Shown here: positions 30,789 to 41,373 of the stretch, in pieces | Numbering within the stretch: position 1 is the first letter of the stretch | Layout: every line of letters begins with the position of its first letter | Source: Nostoc sp. DedSLP01 | GTDB taxonomy: Bacteria > Cyanobacteriota > Cyanobacteriia > Cyanobacteriales > Nostocaceae | DNA length: 64,000 nt | Direction of reading: 5' to 3' | Assembly (NCBI GenBank): GCA_034530875.2 | Contig: JAVRCJ020000008.1 | Span: forward strand, 64,001 to 128,000 | Made by a program: the position numbers and the translations under genes | The notes under the pieces: model-generated | Database searches by the model: none | What the model was told of the DNA's origin: nothing | Seen by the model: the letters and a program-made list of their open reading frames with translations, nothing else

Positions 30789-31928
30789 TTAAGCTCTGTA
30801 GGTATGAAGTGACTTAAAACTACTGCTGATACTTGCTCTCATAAGTTTCATAAATGAATTTCGTAATAACACAGCAAAAGAGTGATGTAATTTACCCATT
30901 TTTCCTGCTCGTAAGGACTGCTCAACGATCGCCTTTGTGCGACGAAACCGTTCTAACTCATACTGCTGAAAAGCTAATGTCGGATTCGCTTGTTCTTTGA
31001 GGCATTTAGCCACCACAAAAGCATCTTCTAATGCCGTACATGCTCCCTGCCCCATAGTTGGCAGCATTGGATGTGCAGCATCACCCAGTAGTGTAATATT
31101 CTGCTTGCTCCAAGGTTGAGTCGGGGGGCGATCGTACAAATATGTTGTCAAAATATCAGCTTCATCAGTTGCTGCAATCAACTCAGGAACCGACACAAAC
31201 CAATCTTGGAACATAATTTCTAGCTCTTTTTTCCGACCTATTGGCGCATCTGGCTGTGCCTCAGTTGCAGTGGCGGCTGCATACCAATACATCCGCCCCT
31301 TACCTAGCATCATGAAGCCGAAGCCTTGACCGCGCCCCAAGAACTCTTGAATGTAGCCGGGATAGTATCCTCTGGGAACGTAATCTGTCAAACCGCGCCA
31401 AGTCTTAAAGTTGCGATAGATAAGCGGTTGACTGCACTTGAGCGCATCTCGTACCCGCGATCGCAAACCGTCAGATCCAATTAATGCATCCCCCTCGACA
31501 ATTAAACCAGAACTGAAATGAGCGCGAACCTTGTTTTCCAAGATTTCCAATTTCTCAAAAGTTTGCCCTAAAACAAGATTTTCCTTTGGTACGTGACGCC
31601 ACAATAGCTGATGTAATTCCGCCCTATGGATGGCAATAACAGGCAACTCCAAATTATCAACGGGTATATTAACCAACTCCTTACCGTTTTGCGAATTGAA
31701 TTGGTAGTTCGTCGTTACATAGCCAACTTCTAGCGCTTCCTTCAACAAACTGAAATTTTTCAGGATATGTGTAGCATTTGCCCAAAGTGCAATTCCAGCC
31801 CCTACCTCTCGTAACTGCTTTGTTCGCTCGTAGACAACTGGTTCAAAACCACCCTTGTGTAAAGCAAGCGCAGTTGCAGCACCGCCAATTCCGCCGCCAA
31901 TAATGATAATTTTCTTATTTCTCAGCAT
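30789..31928 (-). CDS. FAD-dependent monooxygenase
   Basis: GGGIGG, DG..S.VR and LLGDAAHPMLPTMGQG. Confidence 0.93.
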   Translation of the reverse strand: MLRNKKIIIIGGGIGGAATALALHKGGFEPVVYERTKQLREVGAGIALWANATHILKNFSLLKEALEVGYVTTNYQFNSQNGKELVNIPVDNLELPVIAIHRAELHQLLWRHVPKENLVLGQTFEKLEILENKVRAHFSSGLIVEGDALIGSDGLRSRVRDALKCSQPLIYRNFKTWRGLTDYVPRGYYPGYIQEFLGRGQGFGFMMLGKGRMYWYAAATATEAQPDAPIGRKKELEIMFQDWFVSVPELIAATDEADILTTYLYDRPPTQPWSKQNITLLGDAAHPMLPTMGQGACTALEDAFVVAKCLKEQANPTLAFQQYELERFRRTKAIVEQSLRAGKMGKLHHSFAVLLRNSFMKLMRASISSSFKSLHTYRA

Positions 31929-31936
31929 TTTTTCTA

Positions 31937-31966
31937 ATTAATCAACTGACTAGTCAGTTGATTAAT
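31937..31966. promoter_or_regulatory. perfect 30-bp palindrome, probable TetR operator
   Basis: ATTAATCAACTGACTAGTCAGTTGATTAAT lies 8 nt upstream of the monooxygenase ATG; a degenerate copy is at 31992-32011. Confidence 0.8.
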
Positions 31967-32072
31967 CTTTAACAAAATTTCGCCTCTGTTGTCAACTAAC
32001 TTTTTAGTCGATAAAACTAATTGAGAATACTGAATAATAATTATTGTTTACTCGGCAAAATCAGAACCCAAG

Positions 32073-32187
32073 TACACTAGATTTCTTGCAGAAGTCGGGA
32101 AAGGGGAAAGGGATAAGAAAAAACCTTTCCCTTTTACATGCATCCCTTTGCCCCAAGAGTGCAAAAAGAGTTTTGCAAGAGGTCTAC
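32073..32187. repeat. MITE-like repeat inserted upstream of tetR
   Basis: Ends TAGATTTCTTGCA / TGCAAGAGGTCTA with an internal AAAGGG/CCCTTT tract. Confidence 0.65.
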
Positions 32188-32221
32188 TGACTGACAAACC
32201 TGTAGAACAACTAGAGATCTT

Positions 32222-32872
32222 GTGCCACGTCAAACAAAAGATAAAAAGTCATTAAATACTAAGCAAGTCAGAGATGCTGAGGCGACTCAAGCTGTGATTT
32301 TAGCAGCAGCCCAACAAGAGTTTGCTAAGCATGGTCTAACTGCCGCTAGAACAGAAGCAATTGCCGCGAAAACAGGTGTGGCAAAGTCGATGATTTATTA
32401 CTACTTTCAGGACAAAGAAGGATTGTATCAGGCGGTGTTGGAGCGATCGCACTCAGACCTTTTGCAAACTACTCAACAATTAGATTTGGATGAGCTTACT
32501 CCTGAAGCTGCTTTAGAGACATTTCTGGCAGCATTGCTCGATTGTGTATCGCGCAATCCCAATTTACCGTTGATTATGTTTCACGAAGCAGTGCAAAACC
32601 AAGGGCAATATTACAAACACAGTAGTTCTCTGAGTATTGACAAAATACTGGTCAAGATTTTAGAACGAGGGGTGACTACAGGTGTATTTCGCAAACTCGA
32701 TCCCTTACAATCAGCGATTAATATTATGGGAACTTGTTTGTTTTACTTTATTGCTATAGGAAATGCAGAGCATCATCGTCAAGACAAGCCGTTTCTGAGT
32801 CCAGCAATGTTAGAACAACACTCTCAAGAGGCGATCGCATTAATATTAGCTGGTGTTAGAAACACTCAATAA
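32222..32872 (+). CDS. TetR/AcrR-family transcriptional regulator
   Basis: IAAKTGVAKSMIYYYFQDKEGLY HTH; divergent from the monooxygenase. Confidence 0.93.
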   Translation: MPRQTKDKKSLNTKQVRDAEATQAVILAAAQQEFAKHGLTAARTEAIAAKTGVAKSMIYYYFQDKEGLYQAVLERSHSDLLQTTQQLDLDELTPEAALETFLAALLDCVSRNPNLPLIMFHEAVQNQGQYYKHSSSLSIDKILVKILERGVTTGVFRKLDPLQSAINIMGTCLFYFIAIGNAEHHRQDKPFLSPAMLEQHSQEAIALILAGVRNTQ

Positions 32873-32875
32873 TTA

Positions 32876-33091
32876 TCAAGCAACTACTTGCCACCAACCA
32901 AAAGCAGGGCCGATAAAACGAATAGTTAGCCATGCAGCAACCATAATACCGATACCTATCCAAGCACCGCGAGTAGTCCAAGCGACAAATAATTCTGCTT
33001 GACTTTTGGTGATGGGAACCCAAGGCAAGATGCGAGCTTCTTGACCGTATGTTTCCCCGAGTGCAGTTTTGCGACGTTTTGCTTCACCCAT
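32876..33091 (-). CDS. DUF2839-family protein
   Basis: MGEAKRRK...GAWIGI...RFIGPAFGWW. Confidence 0.88.
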   Translation of the reverse strand: MGEAKRRKTALGETYGQEARILPWVPITKSQAELFVAWTTRGAWIGIGIMVAAWLTIRFIGPAFGWWQVVA

Positions 33092-33274
33092 AATTAGGAA
33101 TTGAAATCAACTTAAGTTTTAACTTTAATCTTGCCAGGAATTGTGGTTATAGACAATTGGGGCATAGGGCAAAACCCTTCGGGTAGGGAAAAGGTGAAAG
33201 GTAAAAGGGGAAAGGTATGGTTTATTCCCTTTCTCCTTTGCCCCTTGCCCTTTGCCCAAGGCGAAGCCATCCCC

Positions 33275-34849
33275 TTATGCCGAATTTTCCTCATTTGTAT
33301 TGGAAAACAGACTCGGATCGAGATAGTTAATGCGTGCTAGAGGACTTAAGGCTGCGAGAATTTGAGCGCCGTAGCTGCGGTTAACTACACGACTATCAAG
33401 TAAAGCGACAATACCTTGACTTTCGCGTACAGGAGCGATCGCTCTTTGTAATTCATTCAAAGCAGTTGGCAATAAATATAAACGGAACCAATCTTGATGC
33501 GATCGCTTATAACGAACTACTCTGCCTGCTACTAAAGGATTTTCCAAAGATGGTAGCGGCAAAGTCGCAATAACTAACAGCCGGGGTGCAGGCAAGACTC
33601 GCTGATGTTCTCGCCAAAATTCCCAACCGCTGACCAAAATACCATTTTCATCTAAACAAGTTTTTTCTACTTGCACCCGCGAACCAAATTCTGAAGCCAA
33701 AATCGTCCCGATTTGCGACTTGAGTGGCACATCGCCCACCAAGATAACGGTTAATCCTGGTGCTGTAGCACTCAGACAAACCAGCGTCCGGACTTTATGA
33801 ATAAACGCTGCTTGAAATTCTGGTGTATTGGGTAGGGGCAACTTATAGGGTACATACAGCTGAATTGCTTCAGCTTGACTCTCGGAAGAAAATTTCAGGC
33901 AAGTTACATCTTCCAAACCCAAACGCTGACGGAAAAGAGGAGCCTCAGTTTCCGGTTCTATGGCACTGCCTATTAAAACTACTGGTTGTCGCTGCCAAAT
34001 GGGGGAAAGTATTTCTCCTAATTCCATTGGGGCGTAGTGTAAAGAAAATAAACCTTGGCGACGGGCAATAGTCGTCCAGAAGAGGGCAGAGGAGGCAGGG
34101 GAAGCTTCGGGAGCAGGGGAGGAAAAACTTTCGTTGAGTAGTTGAAATTCTTGCCAGAAATGTTTCCAGTTATCTGGGATATTGCTCGGGTCTAAAACAG
34201 AATAAAGACGGCTTAAAATGTCTACTTCTGGCTGAGAGATGAGATAACACTCATAAGGATTAGCAGGATGCTGAAAAAGTTCGCGTGTCAGCTGTATCCG
34301 TGCTTCACGAATTGCTTCAGCTTGGTTTGGGCAAGCTAACATGAGTCGATCCCAATCATGGGGTTGAATCTCTTGGGTTAGCTGATGACGCACCCAATCT
34401 TCGAGATCGTCTACACCATCAATAATTGTCGGAATGCCTGGGGGAAAGCGATCGCTATCTGTCAACTGTCCTTTTAACCAAGCTTCTGGGGAAGTCAACA
34501 GTAGCCCTTGGAACTGGGCATCAGGCCATGCGTCACCAGTCCTAATCGGTTTGCTGGCTGGTAGCCACTGCTGTAAGCGAGGAATTTCCACCCGCAACAA
34601 AAGTTGTTGTACTGCTTCTTGAGCAACAATAATTACAGGGCCGTGCCACATCAAGGCTGATGCTACGAAACTGGTACGATATCGACCTTGATAGCCAGAA
34701 ACCGCCCCTACTTGAATGAGGGCGCTACGTTCGAGTCGCAAGGCGCGTGCTACCAACCGTGCCATCGTTAAATGATGGGGCCAGGAAGGGAACCCCGCCT
34801 GCGATCGCAAAAAGTTATGTAGTGACAAATGAACTTCTGCCTCAATCAC
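33275..34849 (-). CDS. DinG-like helicase C-terminal-domain protein (Walker motifs degenerate)
   Basis: WPHHLTMARLVARAL; LP...P.V...DWF..YLLP; ALLDSRV..RSYG. Confidence 0.85.
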   Translation of the reverse strand: MIEAEVHLSLHNFLRSQAGFPSWPHHLTMARLVARALRLERSALIQVGAVSGYQGRYRTSFVASALMWHGPVIIVAQEAVQQLLLRVEIPRLQQWLPASKPIRTGDAWPDAQFQGLLLTSPEAWLKGQLTDSDRFPPGIPTIIDGVDDLEDWVRHQLTQEIQPHDWDRLMLACPNQAEAIREARIQLTRELFQHPANPYECYLISQPEVDILSRLYSVLDPSNIPDNWKHFWQEFQLLNESFSSPAPEASPASSALFWTTIARRQGLFSLHYAPMELGEILSPIWQRQPVVLIGSAIEPETEAPLFRQRLGLEDVTCLKFSSESQAEAIQLYVPYKLPLPNTPEFQAAFIHKVRTLVCLSATAPGLTVILVGDVPLKSQIGTILASEFGSRVQVEKTCLDENGILVSGWEFWREHQRVLPAPRLLVIATLPLPSLENPLVAGRVVRYKRSHQDWFRLYLLPTALNELQRAIAPVRESQGIVALLDSRVVNRSYGAQILAALSPLARINYLDPSLFSNTNEENSA

Positions 34850-34914
34850 ACGCTTTTAATCCCATAACAAAGTGACTTTTACCAATCAAGCCCCATTTCT
34901 ATTATGTTGTTCTT

Positions 34915-35030
34915 TGCCATTTGTCACTTGTCCGTTGTCAGTTGTCTTTTGTCATTAGCCATTTGTCCAAAACTAATGACCAATGACTAATGACTAATGA
35001 CCTATGACCAATGACTAATGACCAATCACC
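34915..35030. repeat. inverted STRR arrays (TTGTCA.)n / (TGACTAA)n
   Basis: Tandem heptamers in opposite orientations. Confidence 0.85.
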
Positions 35031-35042
35031 AATTACCTAATT

Positions 35043-36011
35043 ATGCCAACCTACACAGGAATTTCCAGCGAAGCCTTTAGGCATCCGCTAGATAGCCAAG
35101 CCGAGCAAGCTTTACGTAATTTACCGGGATTTGATTTTTTAGCCCGTAAATTTGTGGAATTTTTCGCCGAACGGCCTCAGTTAGTTTATCTAATGGGCAA
35201 CACCATCCAAGTCGGGCCGCGCCAATATTCCACTATTTACCAGATTTTTCGGGAATGCGTGCGAGATTTGGATATTTATCCCGAACCTGCACTGTTTGTT
35301 GAGCAAAATTCCCAAGCTAATAGCTACGCACTCGGACAAGAACATCCTTACATAGTCATAAATACAGGGATATTAGACTTACTAAACGAAGTCGAAATTA
35401 GGGCGGTGTTAGCCCACGAACTGGGGCACATTAAATGTGGTCATACTATTTTAATTCAAATGGCGATATGGGCGAGGAGTATCGCTTCTAGAGTTGGTGA
35501 ATTAACCTTCGGCATTGGTGATTTTGTTACTCAAGGTTTGTTGCTTGCCTTTTATGAATGGCGACGTAAAGCCGAGTTATCCTCAGATCGCGCCGCTTTA
35601 TTAGTAATGGATGACTTAAATCCTGTGATGACTACGATGATGAAAATCACAGGCGGTAGTATCAAATATGCCAATGAATGTAGTTTACAAGAATTTATTA
35701 AGCAGTCTGAAAATTATCAAGCACTTGATGAAGATGGACTGAATCAAATGTATAAATTATTAATGTACGCTGGGTTTCAAGGTGTAGCCATGACTCATCC
35801 TTTCCCTGTGGAACGCGTGCATTACTTACGGGAGTGGGCAGTATCAGAAGAATATCAGCAAATTCGCAAAGGAAACTATCAGCGATCGCCTGCTTCCGGA
35901 GCAGTAAATGTTCCCGCAGAGTCTTCCGAAATTGAAAAAGAAACTTTGCGCCGTCAAATTGAAGAATTACAACGCGAAATTAATAGAAGGAAAAGGCCGG
36001 ATAATACGTAA
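35043..36011 (+). CDS. M48-family zinc metallopeptidase
   Basis: AHELGH, AELSSDR and THP...R. Confidence 0.92.
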   Translation: MPTYTGISSEAFRHPLDSQAEQALRNLPGFDFLARKFVEFFAERPQLVYLMGNTIQVGPRQYSTIYQIFRECVRDLDIYPEPALFVEQNSQANSYALGQEHPYIVINTGILDLLNEVEIRAVLAHELGHIKCGHTILIQMAIWARSIASRVGELTFGIGDFVTQGLLLAFYEWRRKAELSSDRAALLVMDDLNPVMTTMMKITGGSIKYANECSLQEFIKQSENYQALDEDGLNQMYKLLMYAGFQGVAMTHPFPVERVHYLREWAVSEEYQQIRKGNYQRSPASGAVNVPAESSEIEKETLRRQIEELQREINRRKRPDNT

Positions 36012-36012
36012 G

Positions 36013-36165
36013 AGGGATTGGGGATTGGAGATTGGGAGTGAGGAGTGAGGAGTTAGGAGTTAGGAGTTAAGAATGATTCTCCTTGTCACCTTATCCTTTT
36101 TTCGCCTTGTCTCCCATCTCCCCATTTCCTAATCCCTAGTCACCAGTCACCAGTCCCCAGTCCCT
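36013..36165. repeat. STRR tracts (GGGGATT/GAGTTAG/CCAGTCA)
   Basis: Tandem heptamers. Confidence 0.75.
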
Positions 36166-36202
36166 AAACCATATCTGAGGATTAAATTAGGCATTTTTCA
36201 AT

Positions 36203-36628
36203 ATGGCAATTCAATTGACAAAACGGCTTTTTGTGTTAGCTAATATCCTTGTCTTTATTCTCGTGATGCCCGGAATTGCCTTAGCTGCACCCCTTGAACT
36301 AAATACTACTTCTAGTATTATTGTCGCCCAAAGTAATAAAGCTGGCAGTAATTCCACTTCTTCAGAGATTAACCTGACTCCGCAACAAAGCCAACAGATC
36401 CAGGCTGTACGTCAGAGAAGAAACAAAGAAATTCAAGCAGTTTTAAATTCATCTCAGCGCGACCAACTTGCTCGCAACCTCCGCGCTGGTAACAATATCG
36501 ATGGAGCGCTAAAAACTCTGAATCTACAACCAGAACAACAAGAATTAGTAGATGCAATACTGAAATTTACTAACTTGAAAATAAAGGCGATTTTGTCTCG
36601 AAATTCGCTACGAATAAGTGAAAAATAA
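36203..36628 (+). CDS. secreted helical protein (LTxxQ motifs, Spy/CpxP-like)
   Basis: Signal peptide ending ALA; NLTPQQ, VLNSSQ and NLQPEQ repeats. Confidence 0.75.
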   Translation: MAIQLTKRLFVLANILVFILVMPGIALAAPLELNTTSSIIVAQSNKAGSNSTSSEINLTPQQSQQIQAVRQRRNKEIQAVLNSSQRDQLARNLRAGNNIDGALKTLNLQPEQQELVDAILKFTNLKIKAILSRNSLRISEK

Positions 36629-36644
36629 AGGTTTGATTTGCCAA

Positions 36645-37226
36645 TTAAAATACTTGCGATCGCCACACTGAGGGAAACATTTGACTAATCTGAATTTCAA
36701 TTTCTGGAGATGCAATAAAGGATAATGTTGCATCCTCTGGCAAAATAAATTCTAGATTGTAAACTTCTAACTCAGGTTCGCGAAAAACATAAACCTGACG
36801 CTGATTCACATCTAAAATCCAGTAGTCAGTAATTCCTGCTTTAGCATAAAGAAGCGCTTTTTGTTTGCGATCTGTTTCTAATGTTGTATCCGCCACCTCA
36901 ATGAGTAAAAAGATATCATTCGGTGCAGGATGGCGATCGATGTATTTTCGCGTATCGATTCGGACAACAGCAATATCTGGTTCGGGTTCCGAATATTGGC
37001 TTAATTGAATGGGGTCTTGTACCCGAACTAGGGCAACTTCTGCCAGCAACCGCTTGAGATAATCGGATGCACATAGAGTTGTTGCTGCGTGTGGGGGATT
37101 TTTGGCACTCATCGGAATAACTTGCCCTTCTATGAGTTCCACCCGTTCGTCAGCTGCGATAATACCCGTCTCAAGCATCCGGTGATATTCATTTACATTC
37201 CACAAGCGGACTTTAGTTTGTGTCAT
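36645..37226 (-). CDS. Uma2-family endonuclease
   Basis: RVELIEG, EPEPDIA, IEVADTTLETDR, YAKAGITDYWILD; ATG 37226 preferred over the longer called ORF. Confidence 0.9.
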   Translation of the reverse strand: MTQTKVRLWNVNEYHRMLETGIIAADERVELIEGQVIPMSAKNPPHAATTLCASDYLKRLLAEVALVRVQDPIQLSQYSEPEPDIAVVRIDTRKYIDRHPAPNDIFLLIEVADTTLETDRKQKALLYAKAGITDYWILDVNQRQVYVFREPELEVYNLEFILPEDATLSFIASPEIEIQISQMFPSVWRSQVF

Positions 37227-37612
37227 TGTATTTGGTTTGGCAATATCTGTGCCTTCCAAGAAAAATGCAACTTCATTCAGGAGTAAAACTGCGATCGCTC
37301 CCCCACGCATGATAATAAACAGGCTCGATCGCTGCCTGCCAAACTTAGTTTGTCTACTTCACGCTTCTTGAAATTCGTTATATCTCAGATTGTCAATTTT
37401 TGCACAAACTATAAATTTATGTTGCTTTATTTAGCAATTTAGAAAGTGTTTTGACACATTTTTGTTTCAAAATCATCTAAGTTTGGTATGATAAAAAACC
37501 TAACAATTTTTATGTTTTTTCCCGATAATATTTGACTAAGCAAAAAGCCAGTGCGTACCGTGGAAAGTTCGGCACTGGCTTTTGCTCCACACTCAATGGA
37601 GACTTATCTATT

Positions 37613-37813
37613 ATGCCCTATCGAGACAACCTCAATAGTTGGTTAGTTGTGCGTTTGCTTGCCAATATGCAACGAATTGTTGTAGCTCGGTTCCGAACCC
37701 AATCGGATGCTGACGGCTATTTGCAAGTTGTTGAACGCTTAATACCCGATGCTAAATTTTTGGTAGTGTTTGATAGCGACAGCAAATCTGAAGTTTTTCA
37801 AGATAGCAGATAA
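37613..37813 (+). CDS. small hypothetical protein (66 aa)
   Basis: W.VVRLL.NMQR.VVARFR..SDADGY...L.P.A.F.VVFD pattern; GGAG RBS. Confidence 0.7.
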   Translation: MPYRDNLNSWLVVRLLANMQRIVVARFRTQSDADGYLQVVERLIPDAKFLVVFDSDSKSEVFQDSR

Positions 37814-37870
37814 GCATCCGACTTGGTTGCAGCATCTATAATTAATCTTGCCCTATGAGAGTTCGTTACC

Positions 37871-39556
37871 ATGTCGGAAGAAGATCTCCGTGCCGCAAGG
37901 CTGGAAAAAGTAAACCAGCTCAAGCAGTTAGGCACTAATCCCTACGCCTATCGTTGGGAATCCACCCATCACGCAGCGCAGTTGCAAGAACAATTTGCCG
38001 ATTTAGCCAGCGGCGAAGAAGTTGATTTAGAAGTTGCTATAGCCGGACGCATTATGGCGCGTCGCGTTTTTGGTAAATTGGCTTTCTTCACCTTACAAGA
38101 TGAAACCGGCACGATTCAGCTCTATTTGGAGAAAAATCGCATCCAAGAAGGTATGGCAGATATTGATGCCGATGCATTCAATCATTTGAAACAGCTGACA
38201 GATGCAGGTGACATCCTGGGAGCCAAAGGTAGTATTAAACGGACTGAAAAGGGCGAGTTATCTGTCTACGTCAAACAATACACCATCCTGACAAAATCTC
38301 TGTTGCCCCTACCCGACAAGTGGCATGGATTAACGGATGTTGCCAAGCGCTACCGTCAGCGCTACGTTGACTTGATTGTTAACCCCGAAGTGCGGCAAAC
38401 TTTCCGCCGCCGCGCCCAAATCACTGCTGGGATTCGTCGCTATTTGGAACAGCGGGATTTTCTCGAAATTGAAACGCCTGTTTTGCAAAGTGAAGCTGGG
38501 GGTGCAGATGCACGTCCGTTTATCACTTACCACAACACTTTAGAAATGGAGTTGTATCTGCGAATTGCTACAGAACTCCATCTGAAGCGATTAATTGTAG
38601 GTGGTTTTGAAAAGGTGTTTGAATTAGGGCGAATTTTCCGCAATGAGGGAATTTCGACTCGACACAATCCCGAATTTACAACTATTGAAATCTACCAAGC
38701 CTACGCCGACTACAACGATATGATGGCGCTAACAGAAGGGATTATTACCACTGTTGCCCAAGAGGTACTCGGCACGCTGCAAATTACTTACCAAGGTGAA
38801 TCTATAGATTTAACACCACCTTGGCGGCGGGTGACAATGCACGATTTAGTTAAAGAGATTACAGGTTTAGATTTCAATTCTTTCCAAACTTTAGAAGAAG
38901 CAAAAACAGCAAGTAAAAATGCTGGAATTCCTGATGTAGATGAAGCCCAATCAATTGGTAAGTTACTAAATTTGGCTTTTGAAGAGAAAGTAGAAGCCAA
39001 TTTAATTCAACCTACCTTTGTAATTGATTATCCAGTAGAAATTTCGCCCTTAGCAAAACCCCACCGTTCTCAACCTGGTTTGGTAGAACGATTTGAGTTA
39101 TTTATAGTAGGGCGAGAAACTGGCAATAGCTTCTCAGAACTTACCGATGCGATCGACCAAAGAGAACGTTTAGAAGCGCAAGCTGCTAGAAAAGCTGCTG
39201 GCGATTTAGAAGCGCAGGGCGTAGATGAAGACTTTTTGGCAGCTTTGGAATATGGTATGCCGCCTACTGGTGGTTTAGGAATTGGAATCGATCGCTTAGT
39301 AATGTTACTAACAGATTCTCCCAGTATTAGGGATGTAATTGCCTTCCCCCTACTCAAGCCCGAAGGCAGCGTTATTAAGCAATTTACCCACGATGAAAAA
39401 ACTCAAACACTGACTATTGAATTTGATAGTGGAAGTGTTTACGAGTATTTCAAAGTACCTTCCAGTATCAAGGAAGGCTTAGATAATGCACCGTCTAAAG
39501 GTCAATATTTTAACAAGTTTATTAAGGGGAAATTTAAGTTTGAACAACTGAGTTGA
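37871..39556 (+). CDS. lysS: lysyl-tRNA synthetase (class II) with a C-terminal KTSC domain
   Basis: YRQRY.DL, FRNEG...HNPEF and GLGIGIDR; tail [14 protein letters not shown]...[11 protein letters not shown]. Confidence 0.97.
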   Translation: MSEEDLRAARLEKVNQLKQLGTNPYAYRWESTHHAAQLQEQFADLASGEEVDLEVAIAGRIMARRVFGKLAFFTLQDETGTIQLYLEKNRIQEGMADIDADAFNHLKQLTDAGDILGAKGSIKRTEKGELSVYVKQYTILTKSLLPLPDKWHGLTDVAKRYRQRYVDLIVNPEVRQTFRRRAQITAGIRRYLEQRDFLEIETPVLQSEAGGADARPFITYHNTLEMELYLRIATELHLKRLIVGGFEKVFELGRIFRNEGISTRHNPEFTTIEIYQAYADYNDMMALTEGIITTVAQEVLGTLQITYQGESIDLTPPWRRVTMHDLVKEITGLDFNSFQTLEEAKTASKNAGIPDVDEAQSIGKLLNLAFEEKVEANLIQPTFVIDYPVEISPLAKPHRSQPGLVERFELFIVGRETGNSFSELTDAIDQRERLEAQAARKAAGDLEAQGVDEDFLAALEYGMPPTGGLGIGIDRLVMLLTDSPSIRDVIAFPLLKPEGSVIKQFTHDEKTQTLTIEFDSGSVYEYFKVPSSIKEGLDNAPSKGQYFNKFIKGKFKFEQLS

Positions 39557-39613
39557 GACAGTAACTATCATTCAATATTAGGTGCGTTATGACTTTAGCC
39601 TAACGCACCATTT

Positions 39614-39742
39614 TTATAGATATGAAACTCGCCGCCAACAAATTTTGCAAGGAACAATAGAACATTCTTGATTTTTGAGCCACCTAACTTGCTCTTGCGT
39701 CGAAGCATAGAAATCTGTTGTATATAGGTGAGATGTATACAT
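39614..39742 (-). pseudogene. DUF29-like gene relic between two REP-like palindromes
   Basis: LYTTDFYASTQEQ resembles the DUF29 N-terminus LYE.DF..W..EQ; the rest is missing. Confidence 0.55.
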
Positions 39743-39852
39743 TTTTTCCAATTTATTTACACCTATATTAAAATGGTGCGTTGCTCTGCGCGACAACACA
39801 CCCTACTTTTTCTAAGATACAGCTAATTGCCTTGTGAATTCTCTTTTAAAAG

Positions 39853-40455
39853 CTAATTTGCTACTTCAGCTAGTTCAATAATCCGCCCTTCATAATCCTT
39901 GACCAAAAAATTCAAGGGCTTATTATTACGAATTTTGAATTTCAAACCGCGCACTTCGACTCGCATTAAAATCATTTCCAGACATTCGTGGTCAAAGCAG
40001 ACGTGACGTTGCTGATTTTTGCTACCTAAACTCGCCCCTGTAATGACGTGTAGCTGGGTATTTTTCTTCAATTGATACCACAGCCCTTCGCTACCGCTAT
40101 TCATAGTTTTACTAGAAAAACTCGGCCCGGTAGACATATACAGCGGATCGATTCCAGTTGCGCCTATAGTTTGTTCGTAGTTGTAGTAGTAGTGCAAAGG
40201 CACTTCAGCTGCTGGCAAATCTAGCAGCCCTTCATATAATTGCCGGGCAATCTCTAAATCTGACACCATCACAGTGTGTACTTTTGGGGCACTGGTGAGG
40301 AACATCCACATCGCACCAGCGTAAGCCGCCAGCAGCATCACCATGATGCCTTGGGTGGAGAAGAGGCTATCCAAGGGCAAGGAGGGCAAAAAGGAGCCTA
40401 AAATAACGGGGCTGAAGAGAAGTGATATCGCGCTAACTGCTATAACCATGAACAA
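39853..40455 (-). CDS. glyoxalase/VOC-like membrane-anchored protein
   Basis: VSDLEIARQLYEGLL, QLHVI, HVCF and D.EGR.IEL. Confidence 0.82.
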   Translation of the reverse strand: MFMVIAVSAISLLFSPVILGSFLPSLPLDSLFSTQGIMVMLLAAYAGAMWMFLTSAPKVHTVMVSDLEIARQLYEGLLDLPAAEVPLHYYYNYEQTIGATGIDPLYMSTGPSFSSKTMNSGSEGLWYQLKKNTQLHVITGASLGSKNQQRHVCFDHECLEMILMRVEVRGLKFKIRNNKPLNFLVKDYEGRIIELAEVAN

Positions 40456-40647
40456 ATAAGGTTTCTATAAAGGAGAGGCTTTTTATGATTGTCGAACGAG
40501 ACTAAAATTAAGTCCTTGTTTTTAGTTTATCAATACTTAAGTAGTCTGAGTCTGGGGCTACAAATTGAGCAACACCAAGATATTATGCGATTAACTACAA
40601 GAGTGCAATTTCCATAATTATTTTAACAACTATCAATCGCAAGGCTG

Positions 40648-41277
40648 ATGCAAATTCCTTCTTTTCCTGAAACTAACCACCCCCTGGTGAAGTCACTGTT
40701 TCATCATAGTGACGATGAATTACTGGCTCTGTTTCAGCAGTATCCGGATGCTGGCAAGTACTTTACAGTGATTTTTTGCCGTTATAGCCCCATAGTGTAT
40801 ACCCTAATTCGGCATTCGGCGCGATCGCCCGTGCAAGCAGATTATCTGTTTGCCCTTACCTGGCGGCATATTTACTACGAACTCGGCGGACTCAAATTAA
40901 ATCCTTCGGAATCAGGTCAAGAAAGCTTAACCATGCAAAATTGGTTAATTAACATGACTGCTTTTTGTATTAACGAGATTAAAGTACCACCCACAGAGGC
41001 AATTCATTATTCTCTGGAAGCAACTTCGCCGCCGCTATGGTGCTATGTAGAACAAGCATTAGACCAATTACCTCCAATTCTGCGCTTAATTGTGTTGATG
41101 TCTCAAACTTTCCATTGGAGTGAAACTAGAATTGCTGCTTATCTGCAAGCTGAAGGAGAAGCGATCGCTCCTCACGAGGTAGCCAATTTTCTCCAAGAAG
41201 GCTATCGTATGCTAGAGGACAAATTACCCGCAGACATTCGTGCCATATATCTTGGCGAAGATTTTACCCAATCTTAG
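40648..41277 (+). CDS. divergent sigma-70 (ECF-like) family protein
   Basis: Region-2-like F..IF.RY...VY and region-4-like ALDQLP...R...IA. Confidence 0.7.
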   Translation: MQIPSFPETNHPLVKSLFHHSDDELLALFQQYPDAGKYFTVIFCRYSPIVYTLIRHSARSPVQADYLFALTWRHIYYELGGLKLNPSESGQESLTMQNWLINMTAFCINEIKVPPTEAIHYSLEATSPPLWCYVEQALDQLPPILRLIVLMSQTFHWSETRIAAYLQAEGEAIAPHEVANFLQEGYRMLEDKLPADIRAIYLGEDFTQS

Positions 41278-41373
41278 GTTACGTATAAACGCGAGTACTT
41301 GTTGTCTTCTTTTTAAAATTAAAACTTCACTTTAGTCTTTCTACTTAAGCCCGCAACTTAATAGGTAAGTTTT

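Noticed and set aside
33112..33340. Short ORFs between DUF2839 and the helicase-like gene
   Set aside because: Translations of AAAGGG/CCCTTT repeat DNA
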